From: Glycera tridactyla
Lineage: Eukaryota
DNA length: 64,000 nt
NCBI GenBank assembly: GCA_965644265.1
Contig: OZ286461.1
Location: 87,792,001-87,856,000 of the forward strand
Reading direction: 5' to 3'
A program made the position numbers and the translations under genes. The notes under the pieces are model-generated. The model was not told the DNA's origin, ran no database searches, and saw only the letters and a program-made list of their open reading frames with translations. This document shows, piece by piece, positions 14,301-29,300 of the stretch (its first letter is position 1; each line of letters starts with the position of its first letter).

Positions 14301-17300
14301 ACAGATAAACGTGCAGACCACAATCCAGGGTGATGGATAGCACCAACCACCTACATGAAGGGAAGGATCAATAAGTCTAGGCAAACTATATGTGTATGTC
14401 TGCAGCAGCCACCATATCAAATATGAAATATATGAGGAGTGAGGTGAATCCTTGCCTTTCATTCCAATATAATTTTACAACATTATCAGGCAATTGTGCA
14501 ATTCTACTAAGCCATAAATTCAGTTAATTGATTTATAACACCTCACCAATAAACATAATGGGATGTAACTAGAGTAACATGTGAGTCAATACGTACCAGC
14601 AACTGGTACTTGCTAATTGATCCTAATCCATATTATCAGAGGAAGCTTTTGAAATACTTAAGAGTCGCAGCCTTCAACCAATGGAAGATTTCAGGCAAGT
14701 GTATTGATACGTCAGTATCAAAATCTTCCTCAAACCAAGTCCGCAAAACATCAGGAACTGTGAATTCTCTCAACCCAAGCTCATATAATAGAATTTGATC
14801 AAATATTCCTCCTGTCTTGTTTAAATTGAATCATCCTTACCTTTTTATTTGTACATTCAGGACAGATGAAAACCACCTTAATTATTTTTATGCCTTACAC
14901 TCATATCTGTCACAGTATCACAGTGTATCCGTGTACGTTCATAGTCATTTTCTTGGATCGAGGAATATTGTAAAGAGGAATAATCCAGTTGTTTCAACTG
15001 GATTCTGTGCTTCTAGCTTTTTCATCCTTGTGAGTAATGAGATGGAGGAATGTAATCTTCTCATCTGGATCATATATGACATTTCTAGTCCAGTGGATGA
15101 GCCCCAAAAAAGGGCATGTTTGTGCACTTTTGGAAACAAGTACCAAACTTGGCACACTTGTCCACATAAGCAAACTAAATCATTTTGGATATAGAACCAC
15201 GTTTGCAAACCCATATATTGACGATTTCTGCCACTGGGTGGCATTTTGCAGGCTTTTCATGGATCCAGACAGTATAAGCATCTCAAAAATGGGTATATCT
15301 CTGCAGCAATTGCATAAATTATCTCTTGGGTTATAGGACTAGACTACAGACAATCACTACAATAATTAGAAATACTCTTGGTAGATCCATATATTGACAA
15401 TTTCTGCCACTAGGTGGCATTTTGCAGGCTTTTTGTCAATCCAGACAGTATAGGCATCTCAATAATGGGTATATCTCTGCAGCAATTGCATAAATTATCT
15501 TTTGGGTTATAGGACCAGACAACAGACAATCACTACAATGATTAGAAATACTCTTGGTATATCCCTATATTGATATCTGCCACTAGGTGGCGTTTTAAGG
15601 CTTTTCATGAATCCAGACACTATAGGCATCTCAATAATTGGTATATCTGTAGCAATTGCAATAATTGTCTCTTGGGTTTTAGGATCCGACTACAGATAAT
15701 CCCTACAATAATTAGAAAGACACTCGGCAAATCCCTATATCAACAATTTCTGCCACTAGGTGGCATTTTGCAGGCTTTTCATGAATCCAGACAGTATAGG
15801 CATCTCAATAATTGGTATATCTCTGCGGCAATTGCATACATTGTCCCTTGGGTTATAGGATCAGATTACCGACAATACCTACAATGATTTTACAAAATTC
15901 TATGAGGTTATTATAGGATATTTCTGGTAAGATTTCACAATTTTGCAATAAAACTCTGTCATCGACCAAACATAGCCACAATCGAATCCTCATTCATATT
16001 TGGGACTGAAATACTATGATGACATTCAAAAAATTATATAATGGTTTAAGAGGTCTATATTTATCCGTCATCCTCTAAAGATTGAATGTTGATGTGATTT
16101 CAAGTAATGAATAGCTGGTCATATAGACTTGCTAAGTAGGTTCCATGAGAGGTTATAAGAGGTAAACCTGATATCTTTTGAGCATCTGAGGGATATGTTC
16201 ATTACATTTATTTTGTTATTATACTCCTAATATCATTCAAATGTCACATAAACAGTGCATCCAGTCTGTCAGTACTGAATATGGTGGGTTGAAATGTGTG
16301 TTTGATGTAGGTTTTCGAAGGTAGAGGTCTAGAGACCTGAATAGACTTTTCTCGGAACACAGACAGCCTCAGCCCAGTGGATGAGCTCCCCAAAATGACA
16401 TCTTTGTGCACCTTGGAATCAAGTGCCAAACTTTCACAGATGTACACCTGTGTATCTAAGACTGATAGCATCACCTGGTGGCAACGACAGGCATCATTCC
16501 ATTTGTGAGATACCAGGATTTATCAAATTGGCTTATCTTTTGAATGAATCATTTTTTTCTATCAGTTGTCAAGTACTCTCATGAGGAATCAAATGAACAA
16601 CACACTGAGTATATATGATTGGAAGGATTTCAGGAAACTGATTTGGAACCCATTCATTTTTTCCGCCTTCCTCTTGGAGAATCATTTGATACAAGTGATC
16701 ATCAAATCATCTGATTCAAACACTATCAAATCATCTCCAAATTCTCCAGAGATGTTTATTGAATCTCAACAGAGCCATGGCCACATCATTGATGGTTGTC
16801 CATCAGGTATAACATTACTCACTGATACATCCAGTTCATCTGGAAATATCCTAGCCATTACCATGGTATTTTGAGAAAAATGTTTCTGCTTGAATGCCTG
16901 CTCAGCTGAGATTTATTGTTCTGAATTCAAGTAATACTTTGTCTTGTAGTACATGTATTTAGGAATGAGACAGACCACACAGTTTCTGTTCTTCATAGTG
17001 ACATGTCAACAGACCTGTATTCTACAACCTTATTCTCAGGATATGCTAATAAGAGGTATCATGAGAGATCCCTGTGATTTAAGTGGTGTATGAACACACT
17101 TGCCTGTATTGAACTCAGAAAATCCCCATAAGGACAATGGATACTGATATGTTGGTCCCTGTAATTCCCCATTTTGATAGACTGAATGCTGAGGAACTTT
17201 GGCTAGCTTATGGAAGTGAAAAAGAATTCTGATACATTGCAGCTCAGAACGCCCGTACTATGATACATGTGATTTTGTCTTACTGCATATCTGTACTTGC

Positions 17301-20300
17301 AATATAATATTGTATGTTGTAATATTTGTGCTCTCCTGGGAACAAAATGGTTCCTTACCTCCCATGATAGAGCTTAATAAAATTTTCAATTCAATTCAAT
17401 TCAATTCTGCCTAATCATTGTAGGGATTGTCTGTAGTCTGGTCCAAGAGCCCAAGAGACAATTCATGCAATTGCTGCAGAGATATACCCATTTCTGAGAT
17501 GCCTACACTGTCTGGATTCATGAAAAGCCTGCAAAACGCCACCTAGTGGCAGAAATCATCAATATAGGTATTTGCCAACGTGGTTCTTTATCCAAAATGA
17601 TTCAGTTTGGTTATGTGGACATGTGTACCAAATTTGGTACTTGTTTCCAAAAGTGCACAAACATTGTGCTTATCCACTGGACTATTCTGCTGAATTGCAA
17701 CGAAGGCTTTCATCTCACTCCTCATCTCACTCCTTGGAATTCAAACGAACTTATTCATGAAAAAAAATAAATAAGACCAAAAACGATCGCTGATGAGCTA
17801 TATTCTCATCATGACAAATACAATGTACAGTGGCCACCCAAGTATTCACACATGTACATATACTCCAATACATGGCTGCATCCCCGCAATCTTGTTCAAA
17901 ATCCGCCTAGCTCAGGATCATGAACATCAATGACCCAAAATATATTCTGATGGATAACTTCAAGATACAATGACAATTCATCATTGCCAAGAATAAATTA
18001 ATTAAATAAAAGATTTCAATGTTGGCACACCTGATAGTTGTGATCAGTAAAATTGATGATCTATCCAAACTTCATCAGCAACAAGAATTGCACAAATCCT
18101 GCAATTGAGAATCTGTTGAATGACATTGCATTAAACACTCTTGGGTATGATTCATAGATAGGATCACTTATCTTCATGGATCATGGAGCAATACATTTCA
18201 CATGATTGTATCTATTAGTTTGCACTGATCTTAAAGATGCAGCCATGAATGGGAAATGTATATAGTATGAATTCCACATTTTATATATACAGCCCAACAC
18301 CACCAAGTAGTCCAGCCTACCCCTCAACTCTCTCCATCAATTAATTCAGCAAGGGTCATATCCAAATGACTGATCATCTGCTTACCGTCTATTATTCTGA
18401 ATAATACTAAAATTTTAGCTCAATACTGCCAAATTCTTTGGAAGAATGAATGATCAAAAGCGACAAACTAAAGAAGTAAGTCAACCACGGGAAAACATTG
18501 TTATTATCCAGACTGTCATGAATCCTACTCAAAAGGAAAAATACATGTGAATGACTTAGGGATCCCGTGAGAATACCTAATGTTGTGCAAGTTGTCTTTC
18601 AAAACAAGGTTGAATTTGATCAAATACTACATTCTTTACCTATTGTGTAATAACAATGATGTTTCGGTTGATTTTGATCAAATGCCACATTTTCACCTAT
18701 TGTGGAATTACAATGATGTTCAGGTGATTATAATAGGCAGGTAGTTTCATCAGTCTAACTCGTATGAACATGAATTCAATGTGATAATCAAATCATGAAT
18801 GGAGAGAATGAAGGATAAAACTCAATATCAGTGAATTATTGGGGTGATAGCACTGACAAATGCTTGTTGCCTAGCTTACATAGATTATGCAAAGCAATCT
18901 CATACTGGTATCATTTTCAGTCCAGGAATTGGTTTGCAGGAAGGTTGAATAAACTTAAGACACCAGCAGGTGCAATATTCAAATCATCTCACCCAGCCAA
19001 GTGGCTTACAGTCTTTTCATTTTCAGAATGGGTACAATGTAAGCATTGTATCTCACTATAATGTAACAACTACATTTCTCCAATGATCGCAGTTAATTTT
19101 AATCAATGATGCCCACACAGTGAAAGTGTTTTCAGCATACAACCTTTTGTTTGCCATCTCCAAGATTACCAAGACATTAGTGGTTAAGAGTGTAAAGGAT
19201 CATGAAGATAATTTAAAAGCAATTCTACAACATCCTTTGAGTGGTAATCAGGGTTGGTCATGACATCTCAATCTCAAAATATGTTGTACGATGCTGCTTG
19301 TATGTCAGAAACTCTTCAAATGACCTCAATGTCCTCAACACTGCTATAATAAATCATTAATTTTGACTCAAATCAGATGATGACTCAGACAAAATTGCAA
19401 TAATATCTGATTTCCATGGAATTTGATCAATCATTCGAACTAATTCCTTTGGCACGATGTTTCTACTGGAAGTTCAAATAGAGCAACATTCTTTGTTGAT
19501 TCATGGAGGCATGTGAGAACACAACTTTTCATTATTCCAGAGAATACTGTTCATGTGAAAAAGGATGATTTTTTGGATGCCAATATGAGTTTGCAATGCA
19601 TAGGGATTAGGAGTATCAGCGTACCTGAAAACATAGGTGACAGAGTAGCTAAAACAGAAATGAGTAGTCCCTCTGTCAGACGATGTACGATGTATAAAAC
19701 CACAATGGGTAACTGAACAGCTGTTTTGCTCACTACTTTGATCTTATCTATTTCATTCTCACTACTTGCCAGGCTATATATAGATATATATATATATATA
19801 CACGTATATAACTTGTCATAGGAAGCTACATTTGTAGAACTCATTTAACTACCCTTCTGCCCTACAGGATGCTTGGCCACTACAAAAGTAGATGCAGTAC
19901 CTAGATAACAATCAATAGCTAGAGTCATTCTTGTCCAATGATACCTGACTGACTCCATGATAAGAATAGCATGCGATCGTGCACTTCCCCAAGGCAAGAG
20001 TTTCCATACAAAAACCAATATTATAGTAGATAAATCAAACTCTCATCCATCGAATGTAATTTGCTTTCATGGGTGTTTGTCTATCATACTTCAAAGCATT
20101 GACAATGATTCTACAAGTAAAATTCATTTGATACCAGTATTATGCAAACTACATTTTTCTGATAGGAATGAAGAGTATTTTAGCATCAAACAAGTCTGTA
20201 AACAATGTTGCCCTGCTGCAAGATAAAATATGTTTAAATGTGATAAATATATATTCATGCCATGATCTGACTGAATCAAACTGAAAAAAAATGGTAATAA

Positions 20301-23300
20301 GATCAAAATCAACATGAAATGACTGTGAAGGTACTGGTATTTCACAGAAAAATACATACTAACAGGAAGGCATCCAAGATAGAGGGGGGAGGGGAGGTTA
20401 GTAGCAAAAGTACACATTGAGCTTGGGAATCTTGCGTAATCATACTCCAGTCTCGTGGTGATAGGAACCTCCTGAGCTGACATATGAATGAGACTCAGCA
20501 ATAAATTGGGGATTAATTTTGGCACAGGCTGATATCAGGGATCAGATTCCACACTTCAGCTTGAGTTCTGACATACAAAGTGAAGTCAGTGAAGACATTT
20601 GTGTGGATCATACATAGCTACATGCACTAGTGACTCTAATGATGGTGGTCCGTGGCAAAACAGAAATGAACTTCCAGATACTCGTCATTGTAACAATTCG
20701 CATGACAGACACAACAGTCAAAACTAGATAAGCTCCTGGTATGCAATCTCCATATGACTAATAATACTAACAAATGGGAACATTCCAATCGACCACAATT
20801 GAGTTGATTATGTATCTATCCTGATTCCATTTGACTGAATGTTCCACATGCAATATCCATCACATCAACATAAAACTCAGAAGGAATCGGTTGAAAGAGT
20901 TCTGTAAAGATTGGTAAATAAAATTATGACTGCCAGACAGTAAAAATGTTGCTGCCATATACAATTTCGAATCTATGGAGTTGTCATAGTGCCACAATAA
21001 GATTTCCATCACAGTCAAAATGATTACCATCAAGTTCAACCGTTGTCTTGGAAACAGAAGATACAGCAAAAACATACAAGATTCTACCTTATGGTATCGC
21101 CAACCATTTATATACGAAGATATTTAATTCCACAGTGCATTCAATTTTTCTTATCACAATCAGGGAACAAAGCGATGCCCAAACACATGCTTGATTTCAT
21201 TCTCCTTAGCTGCATCTGTGTTCGAAATGAATGCAAGGTATCATACAGAAAAACTGTTGGCATTTGGCTATTCATTCATCCTATATATTTTACAAATCGT
21301 ATCCCGCAACAACCCATGGTGCAATTCTTCTCTTCCAATGCCTTGCCACTTTGAAAGACTCCAAAAATATTGAAAGCATCTTCACCACAACACAACTAAC
21401 TAGTTGGAAAGGAACATGAACATAATTGTGATAATATATGGTTGCTCCATCATCTGAATTGACAGGCCTCTCAAAAATTCATCACCTCTTTCCACACTTA
21501 AAAATTCTGAAAACTAGCATGAAATGAGATAATGCAGCTATATATCTACCAGATTTCCCACCTATCGAAGAAACTCAAAGAAATAACCATACAACGATGC
21601 TTGACAGATGCATTCCATACAACATGATCACTTTTCACTGAAATTGGCGAAGCACAATTGGAAAAGAATGTCACATTATCGAATTATATTATCCATCAAA
21701 TATGTAAGGATATAAGTGAAGATAAAACAGGATAAAGACCTACTCTGTTTTCAACAAAAACAAAAGCTGACATCTGCTAATGTTTACCAATCACTTATAG
21801 CATTTTGTTTATGTGTTGATAAAGATTCAGTGAGCATCAGCTCTTACTTGTGTGATATTACACACTTTGTGTGAATTCTCCAATGATATGAATTCATCTT
21901 CTTCCATAATGAATGTATTCTCATCGATCTAGAAAACAATAGATGAAGAATGTCTGGATCAATTATATATATTTCAATGGGGCATATTCTAGTTGATAAA
22001 CACTGCAGATAAGTAAAAACTAGGCTCAAAGTGAAATAATCACACAACATCATGCAAAACACCACTGAGCCATTCTGAAGCGAACCTTCATGATATCCAA
22101 GAAAACAAGTCATGCATGTAGTTGAGGAACAGAAATTACACCTACATGCAGCAGTTTTGGATACATGCATGCAGCAACATTCAAATCTCTTCATATAATA
22201 TGCAAATTTGTGCATCTCATGAAAATCGATTTACCTGTAATTGTTTGCAGATGAGTTTCGGCGACTTCCATTTGCAAGTTTTTTGTTGTTGGTATCCTCT
22301 GCTTCAGCCTCCTCACCACTGTCTGACTGACTGTCAACCAGACCTTTGCTATCATCACGATTTTTCAGTATTCCCAACCAACCACGCTGGCTTCGACCAC
22401 TTTCTTTTCTGTGTAATCGCGGTGACTGTTTTGGAGTACTTCTTGCACTCAATGTCGACTGAAATGACACAGTACAATAATATTGAAACATATCTATGTC
22501 AATATTCGTGACTTAATATTCAATTATTTTTAGAGATCCATGGTTACTATGTCTCACTAGAACCCTGAACTGAGCTCATGCATATAACAAAACCCATAGG
22601 AATGACTAATTCACCCCATCATATTATATAATTTTATTCACAAATAAGCATAATGTTTTGTATATTTTGCGCTGTCACTTACCGAACTTTTGTCGATTGA
22701 ATCGATTGATAAGGAGCTCATGTTGAAAGCCCGCGCAACTGAAAGATTATTCTTGATGTCTTTGTTGTTGCACGAAGCCTCATTTGGTGAGCCTTGAGGA
22801 GTGGCAGCTGGAGTAGCTGCTGTGTGGGTGATAATAGGAGGATTGATTGGACCACAGTCATATGGTGGCAATGTGCTCAGAGGACAATTGTCATCCTTCG
22901 TCACTGACAATGTTGGTGGTAATCCAAGCATCTTCTTCTCTACATGAGAGAAATTGAAACAAAAGAGTCGAGTATTTAGACATTGGAATCACAAAAAGTG
23001 TAATTATTTTTGAACAAATGATTTATCCAATTTTCTACATTATAACAATCCGAGATCATGCTAATCTATATTTTAATCCATGCTCAGAGTAGGAAGAACC
23101 AACGATTACTGATATCATGGTGAATATATTTTCATAGTGAGGCAAAGTAAACATGTTGCCAATCTGTACCTTCGCTGCATTATCTCAAATAGTCCAGAAG
23201 GTATGAAACAAGGGAATCTGTATGACGGATTCACTGTCACTCAAAATGCACAATGCGATACTTTCAAAAGGAATCATACTGATCTTATCATTAAGTGATA

Positions 23301-26300
23301 TAATCAAGCAGATGGCACCAGATTTGGTTGCGTCAATCACATATCTGCATCATGCTCAGAATATTTCAAAGCTCTTTGCAGATCATGTCTTTGGGTGAGT
23401 TGGGATGAAGATAATTCAGAAATATATCGTCATTGAAGGGGAAAACTATCATTTTAGGTTCCTCCAATTCCTTCATCCGTGATGTGTGATAAAAGAATTG
23501 GAAAAGGTTTCTGAGAGCTGCGAGAAAGAGACAGAACAATACTAACAAATTAATAATTCTTTTATCACTTACCTTTTTCTTTATTATTTTTAACATCTCC
23601 ACCAAGATCCTGCTGTTCCCGTTCCACATTGAGATTGCATTTGCACATCCTGACTACATTTTTATTGGTATCCTTCTCCTTTTTTGCGGCTTCCAGAGCA
23701 GCTAACTCTTCCTCTTTTTGTTTTTGCTCATCCTTATCCTCCTCTTTCTTTTTATCTTCACCCTGTGTAATATTTTCATTCATAGATAGACGCCTTTCTC
23801 TCTGTGAAGAGATAAGGCAAGCAAAAGTTTTAATATAACATTCTTGACAGATGACAGACATTACAAACACATAAGCAGTCATACCAGGTAGGGATTCTTA
23901 GATTTTACAGAATAAAGATTTCATACTTACTTGAAATTAAGGTTACATAATGGAACCTAAATTTCATGATATGTAGCAGGTGTTTTGACTGATGCAATTT
24001 TGCTTAGAAAAATGTGCCAAATCATAAAATACGAAGTCAGTCACTGTATCATATAGTCTACAAGAAATCTGCTCAATCAGATATTTGGATTACTAACGGA
24101 TATCTTTGTTCAGTGCGAAAACACTACATTTAGATGTATAGATATATCAAACATTATTTGCAGTACTAGCTAGTCACCATCATCGCTACACTATATTTTG
24201 AAGATATCACCTGCATGTGGGAATGATTAGTTCTCCAACCATTAGAGATATATGAACAGGATAAAAACACAAATTATGCTCTGGGACTCAATGATGATAG
24301 AAAACACTAGAATTATGAATATCATTAGGCTATATCCTATCGCTGAGACCAAACACAGATGAAGGGCAGAATGGGTTTGCAGATATAATTCACAATCAAA
24401 TCAGAATCACGCTCATCCTAATCATGCTCAACGTGAAAGCATGATAATCAATCCATGGATGAAATTGATTGAGTGTATACTTCACTCGTGCATGTTCTAT
24501 AGACAGTCGAATTCCAGTGTTAACATATATGTCCTGCAAACCACCTGAACCCACATCTCAAAAAAGATCTTCTGATCAATTATGTGATGTTATGATTGAG
24601 TTCAAGGCATGCACTGTTATTTACATCGTTAATAAACATGAGCATTTTCTATCTAGGTTAGAGATATAGAGTATTAGCAAACCAACACTTTTTTTGTCAC
24701 AGCACAGCACATGGTATGATATTGGTGCTATATGGGAAATGGGATTTATGAATATCTAGGAATAATTTCTTTTTCATATGATGGTCAATTTACCTCAGTC
24801 TGTACCAAATCATATATCCATCTGATATGAAAAATCTCTGACCACACAGAAAAAAAACAACTATACATGGGAAAGATGGAGACATATAAGGTAATCAGAA
24901 TTAAAGAAAAATCATGACAGCAGAATGAGCCTTTAAAAAGAAAGATTCACGAATGAAATATTGTGGAAGCAGCTGTATAAGCACACAAAATTTGTACACA
25001 AAGCTTACTGAGAATTTACTCAATAAACCTTATCAAGGTGATTGATCATGATGCCAGCCTGAATGTATTAGTGCTGACTTGATGATGATGAAAACTGGAA
25101 ACCTGATATTATCGTCTTGAAAAAAGAACCCTGGAATTTGAATCAACCAAAATTGTTTCCATGAAGAAATAATGGTAAATGAACTGGTTGTGCTACAATT
25201 CATGATTAGGTAACTCCTTTGAGTTTTTGCAATCTGAACTATTCATCCGCAGCCACATTGAGATAGCTGACAACCCTTTTCAGTATCCACTGATCAGTGT
25301 TATTCAAGCTGGTTACAATCAACCTATACAATTCAAACTAATTGGGTATACAATCGTCATGGCAATTCATTGTCTCATTTTTATTCTGATTCAATATACA
25401 GGCTTTGCATTGGCAACAATGACCTACTGATGATAGACTGATTGATTGATTCGGAATAATGAGATATTATAGTGGTGGTGGTGCAGGTGTGAGAGTCAGG
25501 CATTCGGAAAGGGTTGCAGAATTTTGCAGGGAAACTATATCAGATGGTTGAGATAGAGCCTGCGCTGACCACAATAAGTAAAGAGCTTATCACCAAAGAT
25601 GATAGGTCGTATATCGACAAATGAGTGAACAACAATAGGTTGTGAATGAACTGACCTCACAAGTCCTTTCATTTACTAATATATCCTCAATCTAGGCAAG
25701 TTCAAGTTAGTTTGAGTACTTGAATCCATGACACCTAACACCACGGTGTGATTGTACAGATTCTGTAACCCTTCAGGGTATATACAGCAGTGCTTCCACT
25801 ATATTCAGAAAAAAATTAAATGATCTTTCGAATTCATACCAGTTGATTAAATATACCTTTAGGAAGATAGGTATTGATTAAAATGAAAGAAATATGCAAA
25901 TATATGCATCAAGCAGGTATAAAACAACTGAGCTTATTGTGATTACCTTGCAATTTGCTCTCTATATAGGCATGGCCATAAAAAACAATAACTGAATTAA
26001 ATAGGTTATGTCTCCATTTCACCCTACTATACTACTGGCCTGCCATATACGTCGGCCAGAGTCTAATGCATCATCGCTTAGGAAAGATTCCAGATACAGA
26101 ATATTTACTGCAAAGATGATGGCGCTTCCACTTTGGCAAAGTTGATATGACTCAAGTGCGAGGTACATCACAACACATTAGGGTTCAAATAATATTTACT
26201 CCTCTATTCCTAATATGGGAATACTAAAATAAACTCATGCCACACAAATCCCAGCAGATATGATGAAAATGTTGAAGTAAAAATGAATGGATCTGATATC

Positions 26301-29300
26301 AGTCATCAATTATTTGAGCAAAAGCTGCATACTCAGATGAAAGTAAAACCTATAAATTACAAATAGTACACAGATAGCTATTATTCTGCTGGAAAATATA
26401 TGACAAAAGAGTGAGAAAACTCCAAGTGTCCATTATAACTGTGAAGACCAAGCATTCATATATCGTGTAGGAAAAGAATGTTGATCAATGCGGTCAGCTA
26501 GACGCATCACATTGGTATTCCAAACTGCATTGTCTTCACTGGTATTTCACACCTGATATGTCTTCTCATAACATATAATGGTACCAAAAGTTGAAAATAG
26601 ATGGTGTCAAAATGTAAGACAAGAGGTTCATGAAGGGAGAGGTCATGATGACACATACATCCATCAGTCGTACACAACACTGCAAATATAATCTTTAGCA
26701 ACAGCAACAAAACATACAACATCATCATGAAGTACAAGCAAAACATATTCAGTTTTCATTCACTTTCACCCCATCTGTTTTGAAGAAGAATTTCTCATGT
26801 TTGTGTGTGAAGCTGAGAACATACCACCCAACACACTGATTACCAAACATTCTGAAATGATCATCTAATAAAGTGTTTGGTAATTCCTGTATATGTTGAT
26901 GGTTAATTGATAGCTTTCAATTCACATTTCTTTTTTTCGTGCATCAAATAAATATTCTGATGGGATTGATAATAACTTCATTATTTCAACAGCAGTATCA
27001 TAACGACTGAATAACTCTCCATTACTGCCAGAAGGCCCATTGGTTCTCAACTTCACACATTTGAATTCTGAGAGTCATCACATTTCATATTCATTCAATA
27101 TAATAGCCATACATCATCAATGCACACACTGCAAAGATGATTTGATACATCTGGAACTGCAGGAATCTGGAATAATGATGGTCCAGAATGAAGAAACGTA
27201 AGTTCACTTGCTTACATATTCATATTCACCTGCAAGATTGATAAGATATGACGATGATGACAGGCACCAAATGTGACAATGTCAAAAGGAAAAGTGATAC
27301 AATATTGACAGCGTACATCATAAACCAACCACATAATTTTCATGTGATCAGATATGCCATCTGATAGTATGACTTTAAATCTTCAGAGCTGCCGACCAGA
27401 AGATGCAATGTCAGGATGATCAATTAAGTAGAGCGAAGGATGATGAAAGACATGGTCAGACATGAAGTAGACCAAGAGTATCCCAGATCAAGTATCCCAG
27501 ACCACTCATACTGGTTTGTTAGCAGGTGAATTTATTCAAGTACACAATTGTCCTGATACAGATATGAACAGACATATCCAGGTTCAGATACTTTGCATCT
27601 GCATCCATGACAGCAAACAGCATAGCTGTTGATGAGGTCAACAAGTCAATATCTTGGGAGTTCCTTTCAAGCTGGATAGCAGAGATGTACTATCAATCAA
27701 TGGAACCTGGATTTCTAACAAACTCAGAAAAAGAAAGAATATTCCAAGATATAACTTCCAGAATGAAATTTCAACAATTCAGCCATCTAAAATTGGATTC
27801 AATTATGTCATTCATTTTGATTTCACTGACAAGAAGAAACAGACTGTAGATGGAGTGAGTTTCTGTTCATCATTGCCATCCCATGTATAGGATCATCTGT
27901 TCATCATAAACAACTGGAATAAAATAGTATGCAATAAAGGTAGGCAAGCAATGAAATGTCCATATATAATGTCAAAGTTTCTTCATGTGTATCCAGTAGT
28001 ACATAGTCTTATTCTCACACTGTAGGGATACATTAATTGCAAGTGCTGTCATTATCAAGACACATGATTGTCCAAAAGTTAAACTGATGTGGGTACCGTT
28101 TTTTCCAGAAAACAAATTCAGGAGTTGCTATTGCTAATCATCGTGTGCATATGTATATATAATCATGTGACTGATACTTTCACTAAAAACACCATTCACC
28201 TTGGATGATAGATCAGACAAAATAGCCATCGAATCGATGATATACATCAAATGTAAACCAGTTGAAACACTATACATATGCCTGGGATGATCGGGAATTT
28301 TGCTGATGAAATCTCCCATTGACCCCAATGACCGAGTAAAATGTCACCTTCACACAATATATCTACAGTTTGTATCATATATTGAAGTATGAAATACTGA
28401 AAACTGCTTGTGGGGTTTTGGGCACACCACTATCACAAGTTTTGGTTCAATAAGCCTAATGAAATATCTATTGGATTACTTGGATAAGATGTTGGCAGCA
28501 TGTTTCTCTGACAGCTTCATGGACATCTTTAGCCCACGCCCCTCTTCCTCTCCACCATCCAAAGAAAAACAGGCGTTGTTATCTAGAGTTGTTTTCAAAC
28601 AATTCTTGATATGTCAGATATCAGAAGAGAAAAATTATTACTATTACCATGCCAGGGTAGGCATAATAACAATGCCTGCTATTGCTCATGAAGTGAATGC
28701 GTCACAGGAAAACTTCAGCTCCTGAATCACAATCACTGGTAAGACATTCCTGACTATGAAGTTGCAGAACATAGAGGACTGATGGAAGATTTCATCAATC
28801 TAATCATAAATAAACAAAACTAGTTGCTAATTTGGTCCTGAATATTAGGTTAATATAACTCAATTATTGTTTCTAATGACAGGATGGATTTGGGAGATCA
28901 AATCATGTGAATAAAATGTTCTGGATGGAAATACATTAATTGCTGGTTAGTATAATTGAACAAATGCCGAAAAGAATAAGAAAATTGAAACATCAATAAC
29001 AGTTTGTAAATACCTATATAAACAACATTTCGATGATATTCTGACAAATAACACTTTTAAAGCACAAAATCTGTTAATGAGCCCACTGATGTTATTGGAT
29101 ACACCAGTGTAGGTTACTGTGACAGTTAGCGAATTAATATCTGCTCAGATAACAACAATTAAGCTGCTGCAATATACAATCAGTAAGATAGCACATGGGT
29201 GCTAAACACTATCGACATCAGGAGAACTTTATGGAAGAGCTATCATGTTTCATCGAGTTGATATCCTTCTTTGACCAAATCATCACATTCACAAGGAAAT

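Noticed and set aside
25460-25560. Minus-strand AG followed by [30 protein letters not shown]
   Set aside because: It ends in a stop with no donor, the pyrimidine tract is weak, and it has no Cav3 similarity.
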